Assembly: GCA_964016885.1 (NCBI GenBank) | Contig: OZ024741.1 | Coordinates: 24,490,001-24,554,000, forward strand | Source: Eledone cirrhosa | Lineage: Eukaryota | DNA length: 64,000 nt | Direction of reading: 5' to 3' | Shown: one piece after another, positions 53,480 to 64,000 of the stretch | Layout: every line of letters begins with the position of its first letter | How positions within the stretch are numbered: position 1 is the stretch's first letter | Notes under the pieces: generated by a model | What the model was told of the DNA's origin: nothing | Databases searched by the model: none | Seen by the model: the letters and a program-made list of their open reading frames with translations, nothing else | Program-made: the position numbers and the translations under genes

Positions 53480-54797
53480 AAATGAACTTGTTTAACCCTA
53501 AGCCAATTCTGATTGAGTAGACTAACAATCAAAGATATATCAGCTATAAACATCTTGTCCTTTTAAGTGTGTCTAGAATGACATTATCTAATGTGTGTTT
53601 ACCTTTTTAAAGGATGTGATTTCAGGGAAATTTGTGTTGTATTTAGCAGGTCAGGTGACCACATAAAAGCTTCCTCATTGACCCATTGTTGTTTCTGCTG
53701 TCAACTCCAGTCTCCTAAATTCACTTAGGAAAACTTAACTTGGATGGTAGACTTAATCTTAGGTATCTTTAGGAGACTTCATTCTGTTGCCTGCATTCAG
53801 ATATGGTCTCTGATTTGAGAATAATTCCTCCCTTCATCCAACCTGTCTTGGAGGTTCTAACAAAATGTTTCTCACGATATTAATACCTGTTAAAAAGTTA
53901 TGAATGCTAGAACATCTCAATTTCTTTCTCCTTGTGCCTAGTGACTAAGGTGTTGGGCATCATGTGTCTAACCCTTAGACCACTTAAAACATTGTCTTGG
54001 AACAAGTTGCTCTAGTTCATTCAGTTGAAATATCTATACCAACATCAGCTGGGGGTTAAACTTGCAACTGACGGCTATCCTATCTTTTACTCTCAGTCAC
54101 TTAATAAGTGGGATAAGCTCTGACCAGTTGAGCCTATTGACTCAAGAAACACTTTAACCCTTTAGTATTTAAACCAGCTGTATTCAGCCAGAATTCTCTC
54201 ACCTCTTTTTGTTCAAACTGGCCATAACCAGCTGCTTGTACAGATGATTAGGTATTGTTCTTAGGTAAAGTGTTGATGAGACAACACATCTGTAGGTTAG
54301 ATGTTAAAGTGTGTTAGAGAGTGACCCCTTGGAAGCCAGTTGATGGCTTTTTTAGGACACAGTTTCAGATGTTTGTATGTGTAGCACAACAAGCATCCCT
54401 GATGTAGGGGCAGTTAGACACCATTGTCATTATACATGTTCAGAGCTACATCAATATCTCTGACATGGAGAAAGGAATGAGAACAATCTACCCTGATGAT
54501 TTGAATATGACAGACACCTGAAGAAGGCTGGAGGGTACAATGGCAACATAACTTTGAAAGAAATTAAATAAGTAAATGTGGTTGGCATTAGGAAGGGCAT
54601 CCAGCCAGAGGAAGCAAACCAAAATCGGTCCAGTGTGAGCAAGAGACGGTCATCTGACCTGTCTTGGCTCACATCTGGACAACTCGTCTAACCCATGCTA
54701 ACATTAAACAGTGATGATGATGATGATGATATATATGTATATATACATGATATGAATGCCTCTCATCACGAACATGATATCTATCTATCTTTCACAC

Positions 54798-54851
54798 GGC
54801 ATGTCTTTGTATTGGCCCCTTTCTTGTTGCGCCCTTGTGGCTAATAAAGAA
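54798..54851 (+). mobile_element. 54-bp 5'-truncated retroelement 3' end with a 19-bp TSD
   Basis: ATCTATCTATCTTTCACAC at 54779-54797 and 54852-54870 flanks an insert ending GCTAATAAAGAA. Confidence 0.7.
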
Positions 54852-54992
54852 ATCTATCTATCTTTCACACACAGTCTTTCTCTTTCAATATTTCATATGG
54901 GAAAATAGTTTCGGTTTATGAACATTTTGTCTGACAAATGGCCTTCATGAACGAATTGAGTTCATGAACCAAGGTTCTACTGTGTATATATA

Positions 54993-55372
54993 TCATCATC
55001 ATCATCACCGTTTTACGTCCATTCTTCCATGCTAGCATGGGTTAGACGGGTTGTCCTGTTGTGGGCAGTGTCCGGTCAGCTGACCTTGTCTTGCTCATTC
55101 TGGCTTGATTTCTACAGCTGGATGCCCTTCCTAACATCAACCTCATTTACAGTGAGTGATGGGTGCTTTTTTTCCGTGGCACCTACATGTCCACTTTACA
55201 GTGTGGGCTGGGTGATTTATTGCTGTGGCACCTCCACGACCACTTTGCAGTGAAATGATAGGGACCCCAGTCCTATCATCACATTTCTACAGCTGAGTAA
55301 ACTGGAGCAATGTGAAATAAAGTGTCTTGCTCAAGGAAACAACACATCACCCGGTCCAAGAATTGAACTCAC
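54993..55372 (-). mobile_element. tRNA-headed SINE with an RTE-type tail; head truncated at a TA tract
   Basis: Reverse complement matches 61062-61290; ends in (GAT)n. Confidence 0.88.
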
Positions 55373-55409
55373 ATGTATGTATATATATGTATATATATAT
55401 ATGTGTATG

Positions 55410-55442
<33 letters not shown>

Positions 55443-55459
55443 GTATGTATATATATAAA

Positions 55460-57967
55460 TCATCATCATCATCATCATCATCATCGTTTAACGTCCATCT
55501 TCCACGCTTGCATGGGTTTGGACGGGAGTTTTCCCACTTGAGGCAAGAGTGGTTGTCTTGCTCACATAGGACTGTCTGGCGGGTTTTCTATGGCTGGATA
55601 CCCTTCCTAACACCAACCACATTTACAGTGTGGAACTGGGAGGTTTTTACCGTGTTACTTACACGGCCACATTACAGCGTCAACTGTGTGTTTTTTTTAC
55701 GTGACACCTACACGACCTCATTTGTTTCGGCCTGGATGTTGTGGTACCAACATAACTTTACATTGAAAGGGGTGGTGTGGATGGGGTGGGGGTAGTGGGA
55801 CGAGGGTGTATTTTGTTAGAGGTGCCTACTGACTGTAGTAGGTTTTACTTTGTATTTAGGTAAGGCGGGTCTTCTCTATTACTGTGTAGCACCAAAGATC
55901 TCGGTCCAGTGACATTGTCTTGGAGAGGTGTAAGTGTGTGAGGTCGGAATTTATCAAGTCGTCCCAGGTTTTTCTGGGTCTGCCTACTCCGTGGCTACCG
56001 TCTATTTTTATTGCCCTGCACTTTTTTATTCAGCTGTCGTCTTTCATGCGCATCACGTGACCATACCAACGTAGCCTTCTCTCGAGTAAACAACATCTGA
56101 TCCCTCTTATTTCTAATTTTCCCCTTAGTTCGTTTATGCTTTGCCGTTCACGTATATTACTATTACACATCCAGCGGAGCATGCAAGCTTCGTTCCTCTC
56201 TAGTCTGCGTATATCTTCTGCACACAATGCCTAGGTCTCACTGCCATGCAACATTGCTGTTCGTATGCAGGCATCATACAACCTGCCTTTCATTTTTAGG
56301 GAGAACCCTTTAGCGGCTAATAGTGGTATAAGCTCTCTGAACTTTTTCCATCCAGTTCTGACTCTAGCTACTGTACTTTCAGAGCACCCTCCCCCACTGC
56401 TGATTTTGTCACCCAGGTAACGGAAGCTGTCCACTATTTCTATAGAACCATTTGTGCAATTGAAAGAGCTAGTATTCTGTGGGCACTTGCTGCTACTTAT
56501 TGCACCAGAGCACCGGCCACATATAAAATCTATGTTCTTAGTTAGCTTACCTGTGATCCCACTACATCTTTTATGCACCCATACTTTGCATTTGGGACAT
56601 AAAATGGAGTTTCTACCTACTCCTTTCCTACACACCGAGCATGGCCATTTCCCGGATGGGACTGGCGCCCTATTTTCCTTCCTACAAACTAGAACTTTAG
56701 TCTTAGACAGGTTAATTTTAAGGCCTTTTGATTCTAGGCCATGCTTCCATGTTTGGAATTTCTTCTCTAGTTCAGCCATTGATTCAGCTATGAGCGTTAG
56801 ATCATCTGCGTATAGGAGTTCCCATGGGCAGCCGGTCTTGAACTCCACTGTTAAAGCCTGAAGGGCAATAATAAATAGTAGGGGGCTAAGAACGGAGCCC
56901 TGATGAACACCAACTTTTACGCTAAACTCTTCACTATATTCGTTGTTAATTCTAACCTTTCTGACTGTTTCTTTATAAATGGCTTGTATAGCTCTCACAA
57001 GCCATTCATCAACACCTAGTTTTCTAAGGGCCCACCAGATAATGGAACGGGGGACTCTGTCGAAGGCTTTCTCCAAGTCGAGAAAAGCTAAGTATAGGGG
57101 TTTACTTTTAGCTAGGTACTTCTCCTGTAGTTGTCGTACAATGAAAAGAGCGTCTGTGGTACTGTTGCCTGACACAAACCCGAACTGCATTTCATCTAGA
57201 TCAATTCTCTCTCTGATTAGTTGCGCTATTACTTTTTCTGTGACCTTCATGACCTGGTCGATTAATTTAATGCCTCTATAGTTACTCCTATCTAGGGCAT
57301 CTCCTTTACCCTTGTAGCAGTTCATGATGATGCTGCTACGCCAGTCCTTCGGAACAACCCCATTCTGTATGACTTGGTTTACTATCCGGGTGACCATGGT
57401 GTGTCCCACCGTTCCAGAGGCTTTCAGCATTTCAGCAACTATTTCCGAAGGCCCAGCTGCCTTACCCGTTTTCATATCTTTGATTGCCTTAATTATTATA
57501 CTACCTTCGACTAACACTGCTGGTCCCTCTATTGGGTCGATGTGGGAGAGACTGTCTTTCTCCCATTTATTCTCCTCATTTAGTAGCCTTTCATAGTGAC
57601 ACTTCCAAGCTACATTCTTATCAGCGTCAGTGATGGCAAGTACACCATCATCATTAAGTACACACTTCTCCCCGACAATATCACAGTTTCCCTTGACACA
57701 TTGCCTAGCAATCCTGAACACCTCACGTTTTTGGTCCTCGCGTTGTAGAACATGCTTGAACTTTCTTTCCTCTGCTTCCCTTCTTGCGAAGTACACTTGT
57801 CTCCTAGCTTCCCTCCTGGCCACTTGATAGTCTTCTCTACTTCCCCCATCCCGCCATACTTTCCAAGCCTGCTTTTTGGCCTTAATTGACTCCTCCACCT
57901 TACTGTTCCACCACCATGTTACTCTCCTCCTGCCTACAGGCCTGCTCCAGCCACAGACTTCGTCTGA
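55460..57967 (-). mobile_element. RTE-clade LINE, 5'-truncated, about 2.5 kb, with 3' UTR and (GAT)n tail
   Basis: Reverse transcriptase ORF, then about 370 bp of 3' UTR and a (GAT)n tail; the 5' end abuts a 310-bp TA-rich microsatellite. Confidence 0.97.
55856..57967 (-). pseudogene. RTE ORF2 reverse transcriptase pseudogene with a PHD finger; two W-to-stop changes
   Basis: Motifs [68 protein letters not shown]. The ORF-track N-terminus (HIYIYI..) is microsatellite. Confidence 0.95.
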
Positions 57968-57968
57968 A

Positions 57969-58248
57969 TGTATATATATATATATATATATGTGTATATC
58001 TATGTATATATATATATATATATATGTATGTATATATGTATATATATATATATGTATATATATATGTATATATATATATATGTATGTATATATATATATA
58101 TGTATGTATATATATATATGCATGTGTATATATATGCATGTATATATATGTATGTATATATGTATATATATGTATGTATATATATATGTATGTATATATA
58201 TATATATGTATGTGTATGTATATATGTATGTTTATTTATATGTATGTG

Positions 58249-58280
<32 letters not shown>

Positions 58281-58281
58281 T
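57969..58281. repeat. Compound (TA/TG)n microsatellite; other TA tracts at 46554-46643, 48610-48686, 55373-55457, 58538-58589, 61730-61832, 62275-62525
   Basis: Direct reading. Confidence 0.97.
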
Positions 58282-58530
58282 AGTATTAGTTATACTATTT
58301 ATGGTTATGTAAACACAAAACCTTAAGCAGTTGTAAGTATTTTACACACACCCTAAATAGTGGTAGGCAGTAATGTATTACTACCTTATTACCAGTAAGT
58401 TAAGTAGCTCAATGTAAAAACATCAGATGATTTACAGAGCAGTTATATGAAATATAAGAATCAAAGAACTGTTCAAAACATTATTGTGCACAATAATGTT
58501 TTGAACAGTTCTTTGATTCTTATATTTCAT

Positions 58531-58591
<61 letters not shown>

Positions 58592-58599
58592 GTATGTAA

Positions 58600-59797
58600 G
58601 ACGGCGGTCCCTTCCGGGAAGTGGCCATGCTCGGTGTGTAGGAAAGGAGTAGGTAGAAACTCCATTTCATGTCCCAAATGCAAAGTATGGGTGCATAAAA
58701 GATGTAGTGGGATCACAGGTAAGCTAACTAAGAACATAGATTTTACATGTGGCCGGTGCTCTGGTGCAATAAGTAGCAGCAAGTGCCCACAGAATACTAG
58801 CTCTTTCAATTGCACAAATGGTTCTATAGAAATAGTGGACAGCTTCCGTTACCTGGGTGACAAAATCAGCAGTGGGGGAGGGTGCTCTGAAAGTACAGTA
58901 GCTAGAGTCAGAACTGGATGGAAAAAGTTCAGAGAGCTTATACCACTATTAGCCGCTAAAGGGTTCTCCCTAAAAATGAAAGGCAGGTTGTATGATGCCT
59001 GCATACGAACAGCAATGTTGCATGGCAGTGAGACCTAGGCATTGTGTGCAGAAGATATACGCAGACTAGAGAGGAACGAAGCTTGCATGCTCCGCTGGAT
59101 GTGTAATAGTAATATACGTGAACGGCAAAGCATAAACGAACTAAGGGGAAAATTAGAAATAAGAGGGATCAGATGTTGTTTACTCGAGAGAAGGCTACGT
59201 TGGTATGGTCACGTGATGCGCATGAAAGACGACAGCTGAATAAAAAAGTGCAGGGCAATAAAAATAGACGGTAGCCACGGAGTAGGCAGACCCAGAAAAA
59301 CCTGGGACGACTTGATAAATTCCGACCTCACACACTTACACCTCTCCAAGACAATGTCACTGGACCGAGATCTTTGGTGCTACACAGTAATAGAGAAGAC
59401 CCGCCTTACCTAAATACAAAGTAAAACCTACTACAGTCAGTAGGCATCTCTAACAAAATACACCCCCGTCCCACCACCCCCACCCCATCCACACCGCCCC
59501 TTTCAATGTAAAGTTATGTTGGTGCCACAACATCCAGGCCGAAACAAATGAGATCGTGTAGGTGTCACGTCAAAAAAACACACAGTTGACGCTGTAATGT
59601 GGCCGTGTAGGCAACACGGTAAAAACCTCCCAGCCCCACACTGTAAATGTGGTTGGTGTTAGGAAGGGCATCCAGCCGTAGAAAACCCGCCAGACAGTCC
59701 TATGCGAGCAAGATAATCACTCTTGCCTCAAGTGGGAAAACCCCCGTCCAAACCCATGCAAGCGTGGAACACGGACGTTAAACGTTGATGATGATGA
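58600..59797 (+). mobile_element. Second copy of the same RTE family (3' 1.2 kb), inverted relative to 55460-56670
   Basis: Reverse-complement match with coordinate sum 115269; carries the same two nonsense codons. Confidence 0.97.
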
Positions 59798-60011
59798 TCA
59801 TCATCATCATCATTTTACGTCCGCTTTTCCCTGCTTGCAAGGGTATCAGACGTATTGCAGAATATCATTCAATCTGTCCCGGTCTGTTGTTTTAACCTGA
59901 TTAGTTCTTTCGTTGTTTTGGTACTGTATGGTTGGGTTTTGCCTACCGCAATTTTCAATTTGTCAAGCTATTTAAACGTAATATATATATATATATGTAT
60001 GTATATATATA

Positions 60012-60843
60012 TCATCATCATTTTATGTCCGCTTTTCCCTGCTTGCAAGGGTTGGACGGGTCCTATTCAGCACAGCATCTCTCCACTTGTCACAGTCCTT
60101 CGTCTTCTCCTCGGTGAGTTTCTGCGATCTGAGGTCTGTTCTCACCACATCCGCCAATGCGTCTTCCCTCCACTTGGACTTCCTTGCACTTCTTCACCCA
60201 GCAGTCATCCTCATGCTCATCACATGTCCAACTTATCCTCTTATACACAGTTTCTCTCTCAACTCATCTATGCTTAATCGTTCACGCACATTGACATTGC
60301 ACATCCAATGGAGCATGCTTGCCTCTTTCTCTCCAGCCGTCGCATATCCTCTGCAGTTGCTGCCCATGTCTCACTACCATGCAGCATCTCACACAGGCAT
60401 CATATAACCGTCCTTTCGTACGCAGGGAGAAACCCTTCTTTATCAACAGAGGAAGCAGCTCCCTAAAGTCCTTCCAACCCGTCCTTATTCTAGATACTAT
60501 GGCCTCGGAACACCCCCTCCCATGCTAATCTGATCCCCTAGGTACCGGAAGCTATCAACCACTTCTATAGAACCCACCTACATTGGAAAAATTAGTCTAT
60601 CACAGCGATTACTACTGCCAACTTTCCCTGTACATCTACTGCATACATAGTTTTCCCTACCTGTTAGTTTGCCTGCTATCCCACTACATCTCTTGTGTAC
60701 CCAAGATCTGCATTGCGTACATTTTATGGAATTTATGCCAGTTCCTTTCCTACATATCGTACATGGCCATTTCCCTGATGATTGTCCTCTCTTCACTTTT
60801 GTTTTAGCTATGTTCACTCTCAGGCCTCTTGATTCCAACTGCT
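60012..60843 (-). mobile_element. RTE LINE 3' fragment of a different subfamily, also with a PHD finger
   Basis: [54 protein letters not shown]; (GAT)n tail; its tail sequence recurs at ~59800-59843. Confidence 0.9.
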
Positions 60844-60869
60844 GTACATATATATATATACATTTTAAA

Positions 60870-60985
60870 AATGTGAAATAAAGTGTCTTGCTCAAGGAAA
60901 CAACACATCACCCGGTCTGAGAATTGAACTCACAACCTTTCGATTGCAAGCCCAATGCTCTAACCACTAAGCCATGTGCCTCCAT
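60870..60985 (-). mobile_element. SINE 5' head only, head-to-head with 61018-61352
   Basis: 60870-60975 is the reverse complement of 61018-61123 with one mismatch. Confidence 0.9.
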
Positions 60986-61017
60986 GTATATATATATATA
61001 TTTATATATATATATAT

Positions 61018-61352
61018 ATGGCTTAGTGGTTAGAGCATTGGCCTTGCAATCGAAAGGTTGTGAGTTCAATTCTCAGACCGGGTGATGTGTTGTTTCCTTG
61101 AGCAAGACACTTTATTTCACATTGCTCCAGTTTACTCAGCTGTAGAAATGAGATGATAGGAACTGGGGTCCCTATCATTCCACTGCAAAGTGGTCGTGTA
61201 GGTGCCACGGCAAAAAAGCACCCAGCACTCACTGTAAATGAGGTTGGTGTTAGGAAGGGCATCCATCTGTAGAAATCAAGCCAGAATCAGTTCCCGTCCC
61301 ACCCTTGCAAGCAGGGAAAAGCGGACGTAAAATGAAATGATGATGATGATGA
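61018..61352 (+). mobile_element. Near full-length tRNA-derived SINE with an RTE tail
   Basis: TGGCTTAGTGGTTAGAGCA (A box), GAGTTCAATTCTC (B box), central domain, tail CCCTTGCAAGCAGGGAAAAGCGGACGTAAAA then (GAT)n. Confidence 0.92.
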
Positions 61353-61370
61353 TGTATATATATATATATT

Positions 61371-61405
<35 letters not shown>

Positions 61406-61436
61406 TTATATATATATATACACCCCCCCCCCCCCC

Positions 61437-61725
61437 CTTAAATATGAAGTTATGTTGGTACCACAACATCCAGTCCGAAACAAATGAGCTAGTGTAGGTG
61501 TCACGACAAAAAAACACACAGTCCACGCTGTAATGTGGCCGTGTAGGTGTCACGGTAAAAACCTCCCAGTCCACACTGTAAACGTGGTTGGTGTTAGGAA
61601 GGGCATCCAGCCGTAGAAAACCCGCCAGACAGTCCTGAGCAAGACAACCAATCTTGCCTCAAGTGGGACAATTCCCGTCCAGACCCATGCTAGTGTGGAA
61701 AATGGACGTTAAACGATGATGATGA
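61437..61725 (+). mobile_element. Solo 3' UTR of the 55460/58600 RTE family
   Basis: Colinear with 59497-59795; (GAT)n tail. Confidence 0.88.
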
Positions 61726-61734
61726 TATATGTGT

Positions 61735-61769
<35 letters not shown>

Positions 61770-62271
61770 AACATACATACATACATGTATACATACATAT
61801 ATATATATATATATAATATATATATATATATATCATCATCATCAGGTTTAGCGTCCGTGTTCCACGCTTATATATATATAGGATATGTGTTCCTTCCCGC
61901 ACAAGGCGCTAAGGTACGCATGTATTGTCCAACCAAATGCCAGTGTGGTTCAATGGCAGCGATAGCTGTGGCTGGTTTGACCTACCGCCTTCTGCCTCTA
62001 TCTTTGCTTCGGCCCTTGATAAACCTGTTTCTACATCATCCACTCTCATCCCAGGAACAGTTTTGATAGCGCTAGTCTGTAATTTAAATTCAGGAATTTT
62101 ATATTCTTTGAATGAAAAGAACCTTCTGACGAGAATCTTTCTTTGCAACGAAGGCCGTATGGTCTCCGTTTTATTTTTGGGATTCGAAACCGATCGGTAA
62201 AGGTAACTATAGTAGGTAAAGTCAATTTTTTAAAATTTATTTTGAAACTTTTTCATTATTTGCTAAACCTT

Positions 62272-62318
<47 letters not shown>

Positions 62319-62525
62319 TATACATACATATATATACATGTATATATATATATTTATATATATATACATACATGTATATATATGTATGTATATATATGTA
62401 TATATATATATATTTATATATATATATATACATGTATATATATGTATGTATATATATGTATATATATATATATTTATATATATATATACATACATGTATA
62501 TATATGTATGTATATATATATATAT

Positions 62526-62791
62526 AGTGGACGTGTAGGTGCCACGGCAAAAAAGCACCCAGCACTCACTGTAAATGAGGTTGGTTTTAGGAAGGGCATC
62601 CAGCTGTAGAAATCAAGCCAGAATCAGTTCCTGTCCCACCCTTGCAAGCAGGGAAAAGCTTTTCCCTGCTTGCAAGGGTGGGACAGGAACTGATTCTGGC
62701 TTGATTTCTACAGCTGGATGCCCTTCCTAACACGAGCCTCATTTACAGTGAGTGCTGGGTGCTTTTTTGCCGTGGCACCTACACGTCCACT
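62526..62791. repeat. Spacerless palindrome with 133-bp arms, made of SINE 3' sequence
   Basis: Centre GGGAAAAG|CTTTTCCC at 62658/62659; 3 mismatches between arms. Confidence 0.97.
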
Positions 62792-62972
62792 TTACAGTGG
62801 AATGTTAGGGACCTCAGTCTCTATCATCTCATTTCTACAGCTGAGTAAACTGGAGCAATGTGAAATAAAGTTTCTTGCTCAAGGAAACAACACATCACCC
62901 AGTCTGAGAATTGAACTCACAACCTTTTGATTGCAAGGCTAATGCTCTAACCACTAAGCCATGTGCCTCCAT
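62659..62972 (-). mobile_element. SINE of the 61018 family with its terminal tail replaced by the foldback
   Basis: Reverse complement matches 61018-61321 and includes the 5' start GGAGGCACATGG. Confidence 0.9.
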
Positions 62973-63071
62973 ATTTATATATATGTATATATATATTAGG
63001 GTAAACATTGATGCAATTCAATTCAAGCACTCAACGTACTTTTTCCACATAGGAGTGACGGAGTAAATATC

Positions 63072-63933
63072 GAATAAGGAAAAGCGAAGTAGTTTCAGAT
63101 GTTCAAGTCCTTTAATAATAATGCTGTGATATATATTTCAGTGACGACACTGGCCACACTGTTCTGTGTGCGAGTGTCGTGTCATCATCAGACAGCTTGT
63201 TACATAATAAGGTTATGTTTCCGAGGCAATCCAAATTGGATCGACATGGAAACGGATGAATTGCGTGTTTTTGGGTTTTTCATCCGCTCCCTTGTGAGTA
63301 CCAATTCACCCCCACCGGCCTGCGCAAGCGCATGTCCGAAGGAAGTTGACCATTAGCTACCGCAGATTTCAACGGAATTTGCTTAGTCAGTTCACCCTGT
63401 CAGCCAAAACAATGGCCCACCAATGCCTGTACCATATTTTACTGCTACTCATCACGGCTGTGGCAGTCAGCCGAGAGCCAGAGGGGATGGGAGAGTGTTA
63501 GTTTTTACAGCTCATAATACTACCCCTCACTCGGCTGACTGCCACAGCCGTGATGGGTAGCAGTAAAATATGGTACAGGCATTGGTTGGCCATTGTTTTG
63601 GATGACAGGGTGAACTGACTAAGCAAATTTCGTTGAAATCTGCGGTGGCTAATGGTCAACTTCCTTCGGACATGCGCTTGCGCAGGCCGGTGGGGGTGAA
63701 TTGGTACTCACAAGGGAGCGGATGAAAAACCCCAAAACACGCAATTCATCCGTTCCCATGTCGATCCAATTTGGATTGCCTCGGAAACATAACCTTATTA
63801 TGTAACAAGCAGTCTGATGATGACACGACACTCGCACACAGAACAGTGTGGCCAGTGTCGTCACTGAAATATATATCACAGCATTATTATTAAAGGACTT
63901 GAACATCTGAAACTACTTCGCTTTTCCTTATTC
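63072..63933. mobile_element. Long foldback element: 404-bp arms (about 98% identical) and a 54-bp spacer
   Basis: 63072-63475 is the reverse complement of 63530-63933; mirrored ORF-track peptides 63099(+) and 63906(-). The palindrome is certain; the transposon status is inferred. Confidence 0.7.
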
Positions 63934-64000
63934 TATATGTATATATATATATATATGTATGTATATACATATATCATCATCATCATCATCATCGTTTAAC

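Noticed and set aside
54515-54550. CACCTGAAGAAGGCTGG as the start of a hammerhead
   Set aside because: No closing stem II strand or GAAAC follows; at most a truncated relic.
57876-58326. YI/YM-rich ORFs here and at 46495, 48499, 48736, 55373, 61690 and 62143-62609
   Set aside because: They are translations of TA/TG microsatellites.
61018-61090. tRNA gene
   Set aside because: The tRNA-like head lacks a proper acceptor stem and runs into a SINE body present in several copies.
63099-63906. Pair of 85-aa ORFs as duplicated genes
   Set aside because: They are mirror images produced by the palindrome arms and have no recognisable domain.

Overview
This is AT-rich eukaryotic (animal) DNA with no recognisable intact host protein-coding gene. 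The repeat families (tRNA-headed SINEs with RTE tails, RTE LINEs ending in (GAT)n, dense TA microsatellites) look like octopus/coleoid repeats, but that assignment is from memory. Bases 1-~39170 are one head-to-tail satellite of about 768 copies of a 51-bp monomer. The monomer embeds the telomere motif CCTAACCCTAA, and the array has nested higher-order duplications (about 0.5, 1, 1.7, 4, 4.4 and 11 kb) and diverged monomers at its right edge. All ORFs called in the array are artefacts of the 17-codon period. Bases ~39170-64000 are mostly decayed transposons: RTE LINE fragments with a PHD finger inside ORF2, a dead DD37D (maT) transposon, a non-autonomous Helitron, a mariner-type MITE carrying a 20-bp minisatellite, a Penelope-like 3' end with a minimal hammerhead ribozyme, and several SINE families. 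The flank is unusually rich in inverted repeats (seven in 25 kb). Two of them have perfectly identical tracts inside arms that are otherwise about 5-6% diverged, which points to arm-to-arm gene conversion or template switching.
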